Below, piece by piece: positions 59,381 through 64,000 of a stretch of 64,000 nucleotides of DNA. Where the stretch lies: the NCBI GenBank assembly GCA_963720565.1, contig CAVRFW010000005.1, positions 256,001-320,000 of the forward strand. The letters are read 5' to 3'. Below the pieces are notes generated by a model. The model was not told the origin of the DNA, did no database searches, and saw only the letters and a list, made by a program, of their open reading frames with translations. The DNA comes from Candidatus Bathyarchaeota archaeon. Its GTDB lineage: Archaea; Thermoproteota; Bathyarchaeia; Bathyarchaeales; Bathycorpusculaceae. Each line of letters opens with the position of its first letter. Within the stretch, counting starts at the first letter, position 1. Both the position numbers and the translations under genes were made by a program.

Positions 59381-59773
59381 ATGAGCGTCGAAAAAGAGAC
59401 AATAGACAGGCTTATTGAAAGAGTGGATGAGCTTCTATTAGTCCTAAAAAAGATTTCAGAAGATTTGCACTCTATTTCTGCGTCAGCAAAGTCGATTGCG
59501 GTTTCACAAATCACTCAGCCAATGCCTCAAACAACAGGTGTGGCTCATGAAACTCCTGGAAAAAGGACGAGACTGGAAGACGTTCGCATGGCTTTCCCAG
59601 AGGAATTGGAAAACCTTCTCAGTTTTGAAGAGAAAAGCGATTACGTAGTAATAAAACCGAGACAGTTTCTGGGATCTGAAAATTTTGCAAAAATAGCCTC
59701 TGCAGTTCGCGGTTTGGGCGGCGAATACATAAGTGCTGGAAAAGATTCGCATTTCAGAGTTTATAAGACTTAA
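59381..59773 (+). CDS. Hypothetical protein (coiled-coil N-terminus, compact C-terminal domain)
   Basis: 130-aa ORF with ATG and a GGAAGG RBS; protein-like composition. Confidence 0.65.
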   Translation: MSVEKETIDRLIERVDELLLVLKKISEDLHSISASAKSIAVSQITQPMPQTTGVAHETPGKRTRLEDVRMAFPEELENLLSFEEKSDYVVIKPRQFLGSENFAKIASAVRGLGGEYISAGKDSHFRVYKT

Positions 59774-59836
59774 TCGTTGCTGCACTGCTAAATCAAACAG
59801 AAGTCTCTTTCGCTTCTCTTGATGGCTATGAGAAAA

Positions 59837-60112
59837 TTAGTATAGTATTTCGAAATCTCTAAATTCGCCAACAAACCTCTCCCAAACTATAGTGAAATGA
59901 GTTACTCGAGCGTCCATTGGACCTATTCTGCAAAATTCAATCATTGTATCCACTAATTCACCTCGACCTTCGAAAACCGCTTCGACCTTGTTATCGGGCA
60001 AATTTCTAACCCAGCCTTTCAAGTCAAGGCTATCTGCCCTGCGCTTGGTTTCTGACCTGAAGAATACTCCTTGAACTTTGCCCTCTATGAAAACATGGGC
60101 TCTGACTTCCAC
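59837..60112 (-). CDS. acyP: Acylphosphatase
   Basis: GKVQGVFFR and GWVRNLPD.KVEAVFEG; start placed at GTG 60112. Confidence 0.92.
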   Translation of the reverse strand: MEVRAHVFIEGKVQGVFFRSETKRRADSLDLKGWVRNLPDNKVEAVFEGRGELVDTMIEFCRIGPMDARVTHFTIVWERFVGEFRDFEILY

Positions 60113-60266
60113 ACCTTTCCCTTCTATATCGTTCTCAGCACGTATATCTGTGGTTTCTGATTGCTTAGAAGCTTTCACTTTAACACATCTCTCTACTACA
60201 CGTATACGTCGTTGAGACACGCGTTTTAAAAGCGTTTTTGGAATGATTGAACTTTAGTGGATTGGA

Positions 60267-60605
60267 ATGTTTCAAAATAATATGGGGAAACTGCTGGTGT
60301 ACGCAACAAGTGGTGCACCTCATAGGAAGCGGTTGCAGTCTGTCAGGATGGCAACAGAGGAGACTGCCAAGCGTCTAAACTTGGATTTTGAAATAATCAA
60401 ATCTGACAAGGGGGCTTCACCAATCTATGTGTATTACGACGGCTGTGATGACGGTGAGCCTATTCCTCTTTACTGCGATAAGGGCAAGGCCGGCGACCTT
60501 GCTGATATTTGCATTGCTTTAAGAAAAATGATTTTTGTCTTGTCTTTTCACCCTAAACATTCGGCATTAAAGCAACTGCGAAACGAGATTATGAGACTTT
60601 CTTGA
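60267..60605 (+). CDS. Hypothetical protein
   Basis: 112-aa ORF with ATG; motifs PIYVYY, EPIPLYCD and FVLSFHP. Confidence 0.6.
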   Translation: MFQNNMGKLLVYATSGAPHRKRLQSVRMATEETAKRLNLDFEIIKSDKGASPIYVYYDGCDDGEPIPLYCDKGKAGDLADICIALRKMIFVLSFHPKHSALKQLRNEIMRLS

Positions 60606-60915
60606 ACCTGACTGACTGGTTTTCCAAGAGTACTTCGTAAACTTGATTCACATCAAATCCTATGCCTAAATCGTCGTATTCTTGTTCCGTGAGAAACAGA
60701 AGTATTTTTGGCGTCGACAACTGCGTTCGCTGTGGAAGGAAAGGCATCTGCTGCTGCATCGCCTGGAGAATGTCCTGTGCCATTTTTGCTTCATCGGACT
60801 GAGGTCTAACCACAAAGTGCGAAACCTCGCGTTCTTCAACCAATTCTATTCGCTTCCCGAGGTTACCGTCTAAATCTCTGTTTGACTCGATTTTGTTTAC
60901 CCTTACTCGAAACAA
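60589..60915 (-). CDS. Arcadin-1-like protein
   Basis: Layout of beta N-terminus, Q/M-rich helix and PKILLFLTEQEY..LG..FDVNQVYEV resembles, from memory, crenarchaeal arcadin-1. Confidence 0.65.
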   Translation of the reverse strand: MFRVRVNKIESNRDLDGNLGKRIELVEEREVSHFVVRPQSDEAKMAQDILQAMQQQMPFLPQRTQLSTPKILLFLTEQEYDDLGIGFDVNQVYEVLLENQSVRFKKVS

Positions 60916-61002
60916 CTACTATCACGCTTGACAGAATATCCAAATCAAAGATTTTAACTTATGCCGTTTGCCTAGTTTGGTGAGCTAACAGATAGGCTTA
61001 AC

Positions 61003-61440
61003 TTACGATGCCAATTCTGCCACGGTTTCCTTATTTACATACTTGCCTCTGAATCCCAAGTTTTTTAGAATAATGCGTATGGTATCCGTGGATTTCGGGT
61101 TTGCAAGTTCTTTGAAGTTTCTGAACCGAACAAAAGTCATTTCAGTTCTTCCCTGAGCAAACTGGCAATACTCATCAAACGAAGCGAAACAGGTCTCGGC
61201 ACCGTACATAGCCCAAAGCTCCGATGTTGAACCAGTCAAACGTTCCACAAAGTCTGCGATTCCCAGAATCTGCATTACAGGTTTTTTGACGTAGAAGAGT
61301 AGTTTTTCAGCTGCTCTAGGTGCAACGTGATTTTTACGCACGAAAGCATGAACTCTAATGTCCGTTTTGCCGAGTTGGGAAAGTTTTTTCCAATATTTCT
61401 GGTCGGAAATGAGGATGAAGGCGTAACGCTCAGTTTTCAT
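61003..61440 (-). CDS. EVE/ASCH (PUA-like) domain protein
   Basis: KLLFYVKKP..QILG.A.F and ELW..YG pattern typical of EVE/ASCH/DUF365 domains. Confidence 0.6.
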   Translation of the reverse strand: MKTERYAFILISDQKYWKKLSQLGKTDIRVHAFVRKNHVAPRAAEKLLFYVKKPVMQILGIADFVERLTGSTSELWAMYGAETCFASFDEYCQFAQGRTEMTFVRFRNFKELANPKSTDTIRIILKNLGFRGKYVNKETVAELAS

Positions 61441-61827
61441 CTTCCGTATCCTATATATCCCATAATGGTTTCATCCTGAAATAACAGTTTCGGCAACCAG
61501 CTCTATGAGAATATCGATCGCGCGCTATGTCGTAACCACCGGATTCGGATTCGACTGTTGATACTTTTGAAATAGCAACACAGAAAAAGAATCATCCTCA
61601 ACCAGATATAGTGTCCATTGAATTATGACGGCTAAAATTTCTGTTTCACACACTGTCTCTTTCTCATCTGAATGCTGAATTGCAGCATACAAAACTCGAT
61701 TTTCTGAAGAAGTTGCGGTAGCATACTATGATTTGATGCTAAGCGGAAATTGGTGTTTGGCCTGTTTGTTTGACGCTTTTAGGAGAAATCTTTAACATAG
61801 TCACATTTCCATTCTAGTAATAGAGAT

Positions 61828-63261
61828 TTGAAAGCCAAGGGAATGTTGATGAGTCTACTAACACATGACCGCTTTTGGAATGCTGTAATTAGCTTTCCAA
61901 CCACGAAAAAAATGTTAGACTTATCACTAAAAAAGTGCAGCGTGTGCGGAAGAACCGTTCTTGAAGCTGCACTGGATGATTACATGGGTACCCCTCATCA
62001 GAAGTGCAAAGAGTGCGGTCGCTTCTATTCCAAAATTATAAGATTCTGGATCGAGTTTCTTCGAAGAAGTCTTTCGCTGAAAAGAGAAAAAGTGGAAAAG
62101 CTCTTAGTTGACCCTTATGCGAGGAGGGCAATAATCAATATAGTTCGGTCTTTCAGCCACTTTGGAATAACGAAGCCTCTCTCCATATATGCGCCTTTTC
62201 TCGTCGTATGGGATTTTACGCACCGATGCAATCTAAGATGCAAACACTGTTACTCCAATTCGGGTGCAACTTCAGAGACCGAACTAAACACGAAAGAGGC
62301 GCTCGATGTTGTGGACCAACTCGCGGATTACGGAGTGACCGCCCTCGCTTTTTCAGGAGGGGAGCCCCTGGCTCGCGAGGACTTCTTCAAAGTCGCAAGC
62401 CATGCTGCTAAGCGCGGATTATATGTTTCTTTAGCCACAAACGGAACCATGCTTACTAAAGAAAACGTGAGAAAACTCAAGCAAGCTCAAGTAAACTACG
62501 TGGAAGTAAGTATTGACGGCGCCACAGCACAGACTCACGATTCCTTCCGAGGCGTCACAGGCGCCTTTGAAAAAGCAGTGGCTGGACTAAAGAACTGCGT
62601 GGAAGCAAACCTGTGTGCGTGTATCGCCACTACTGCAACCAAGGGTAACATCAACGAGATGCCCGGCATCTTGGATTTGGCGGAAGAAATCGGAGCGCAA
62701 AGATTTACCTACTTCAACTTTGTTCCGACTGGTCGCGGAAAAATGCACTACGACCAAGACTTATCACCTGAGGAAAGAGAAAAACTCATGATTTACCTCT
62801 TGAATAGAATGTCAAAGGGATGCAAAACGACAATTCTAACAACTGCCCCCCAACTAGCTAGAGTCGCTCTTCAGTGCCAAGGAACGCGGGGAACAGGGGA
62901 AGTAACGTTGTCAATGGCTCATATGCAAACTGCCCGTGTTAGCAAGAAAGCTGTGCCGCTTGGTGATTTTATCGGGGGATGCGGGGCTGGGCGATTGTAC
63001 TGTTCGCTCAGTCCAAATGGTGACGTGCACCCTTGTGTTTTCTTCCCCATTAATGTTGGTAGTCTGAAAACCTCAAAGTTCGGTGAAATTTGGCTCAACA
63101 GTAGTCTCTTCAACGAGTTAAGAGATAGGCGTAACCTAAAGGATGCCTGCGGAAAATGTAGGTACATATACATTTGTGGGGGTTGCCGAGCTAGAGCTTA
63201 TGCATATCATAATGATTATCTATCATCAGACGTTGGTTGTGTTCTGGCAAACAGAGAGTGA
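61828..63261 (+). CDS. Radical SAM/SPASM protein with N-terminal CxxC-CxxC extension
   Basis: CNLRCKHC, SGGEP, ATNG, CGAGR...PC and CGKC...CGGCRARA. Confidence 0.9.
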   Translation: MKAKGMLMSLLTHDRFWNAVISFPTTKKMLDLSLKKCSVCGRTVLEAALDDYMGTPHQKCKECGRFYSKIIRFWIEFLRRSLSLKREKVEKLLVDPYARRAIINIVRSFSHFGITKPLSIYAPFLVVWDFTHRCNLRCKHCYSNSGATSETELNTKEALDVVDQLADYGVTALAFSGGEPLAREDFFKVASHAAKRGLYVSLATNGTMLTKENVRKLKQAQVNYVEVSIDGATAQTHDSFRGVTGAFEKAVAGLKNCVEANLCACIATTATKGNINEMPGILDLAEEIGAQRFTYFNFVPTGRGKMHYDQDLSPEEREKLMIYLLNRMSKGCKTTILTTAPQLARVALQCQGTRGTGEVTLSMAHMQTARVSKKAVPLGDFIGGCGAGRLYCSLSPNGDVHPCVFFPINVGSLKTSKFGEIWLNSSLFNELRDRRNLKDACGKCRYIYICGGCRARAYAYHNDYLSSDVGCVLANRE

Positions 63262-63273
63262 TGTTGTCACGAG

Positions 63274-63999
63274 ATGAGGCAAACCAGAGTTAAAATAACA
63301 CATGTCAGTGATTCAATTGCCGAATCTATAGATGAAGCGCTGAAAGACTTTCCCGTGCGCAGGAAAAGGAGAATTTTCATCAAGCCAAATATGTCTGACC
63401 CCAGCTACCTACCCGGTGTTGTAACCACACCCCAGCTAGTTTACGAGGTCGTTAGCAGACTACGCAATTCTGCTGAAGAAGTCATCGTTGGAGAATCTAA
63501 CGGATACAACTATCAATGCTGGCAAGCATTCAAGGGAACAGGAATAGAGACCGCTGTTAAGAAAGCCGGCGGCTCTGTGGTCAACTTGTCCGAAGATAAA
63601 GTCGTAGAGGTTAAAATAAGAGACAGCCCCGTAAAACGGCTATTTTTGCCCAAGACTTTGATCGACGCCGATTTTGTCGTGGATATGCCGGTTATGAAAA
63701 CCCATGAGTTCAAGATTTACAGCGGTGCCTTGAAAAACTTGTTTGGTTGTGTGCCAGACGACAGGCGAATCTTCATGCATCATCAACTGGACGAAGTGCT
63801 TTTCCAGCTCTATTCTATTCTCAATCCACAACTAACCGTGATGGATGCTATCGTGGCAATGGAGGGTAACGGACCCACCAAAGGCAAACCTGTAAGGATG
63901 AACTTGATATTGACAGGCAATGACGCGTTAGCGGTTGATATGACTGCAACGAAATTAATGGGAATAGATTGGAAAGAGGTAGATTATTTGAACCACGCC
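63274..63999 (+). CDS. DUF362-family protein (3' truncated; absent from ORF track)
   Basis: Manual translation from ATG 63274 gives IFIKPN, VTTP, VGES, PVMKTH, GALKNLFG, DAIVAMEGNGP and DALAVD. Confidence 0.85.
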   Translation, partial: MRQTRVKITHVSDSIAESIDEALKDFPVRRKRRIFIKPNMSDPSYLPGVVTTPQLVYEVVSRLRNSAEEVIVGESNGYNYQCWQAFKGTGIETAVKKAGGSVVNLSEDKVVEVKIRDSPVKRLFLPKTLIDADFVVDMPVMKTHEFKIYSGALKNLFGCVPDDRRIFMHHQLDEVLFQLYSILNPQLTVMDAIVAMEGNGPTKGKPVRMNLILTGNDALAVDMTATKLMGIDWKEVDYLNHA

Positions 64000-64000
64000 G

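Noticed and set aside
1..64000. CRISPR array, IS elements, integrase or prophage
   Set aside because: No regularly spaced repeats, transposase, integrase or viral hallmark genes were seen

Overview
Archaeal chromosomal window, most consistent with Bathyarchaeia (TACK). This is inferred from a non-catalytic tRNA-splicing endonuclease subunit, a SmAP3-type Lsm, a PUA-less archaeosine TGT, an arcadin-1-like protein and a divergent EF-2. Most genes are housekeeping: mtnA, corA, hisS, glnA, an RsmB/NIP7 pair, thiolase-DUF35, tRNA-Lys(CTT), nadA, nfo, an ECF module, the proteasome/exosome superoperon, geranylgeranyl reductase, Lrp-asnA-pckG, tgtA, beta-CASP, EF-2, EF-1beta, fen, pcm, glmS, trm5 and rtcA. 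The most unusual block is a ~12 kb type IV pilus-like locus (ATPase, fused double-TadC platform, five pilin-like proteins up to 937 aa, nearby prepilin peptidase). Three of its pilins appear to lack a class III leader. Other points of interest are an EF-2 with RQMT instead of RGIT outside the str operon, an orphan arcadin-1, a radical SAM/SPASM-DUF362 pair and several palindromic operator candidates. Five genes are each split by a +1 frameshift, probably from sequencing insertions. No CRISPR array, rRNA or mobile element was seen. All protein calls are motif recognition by eye, not database searches.
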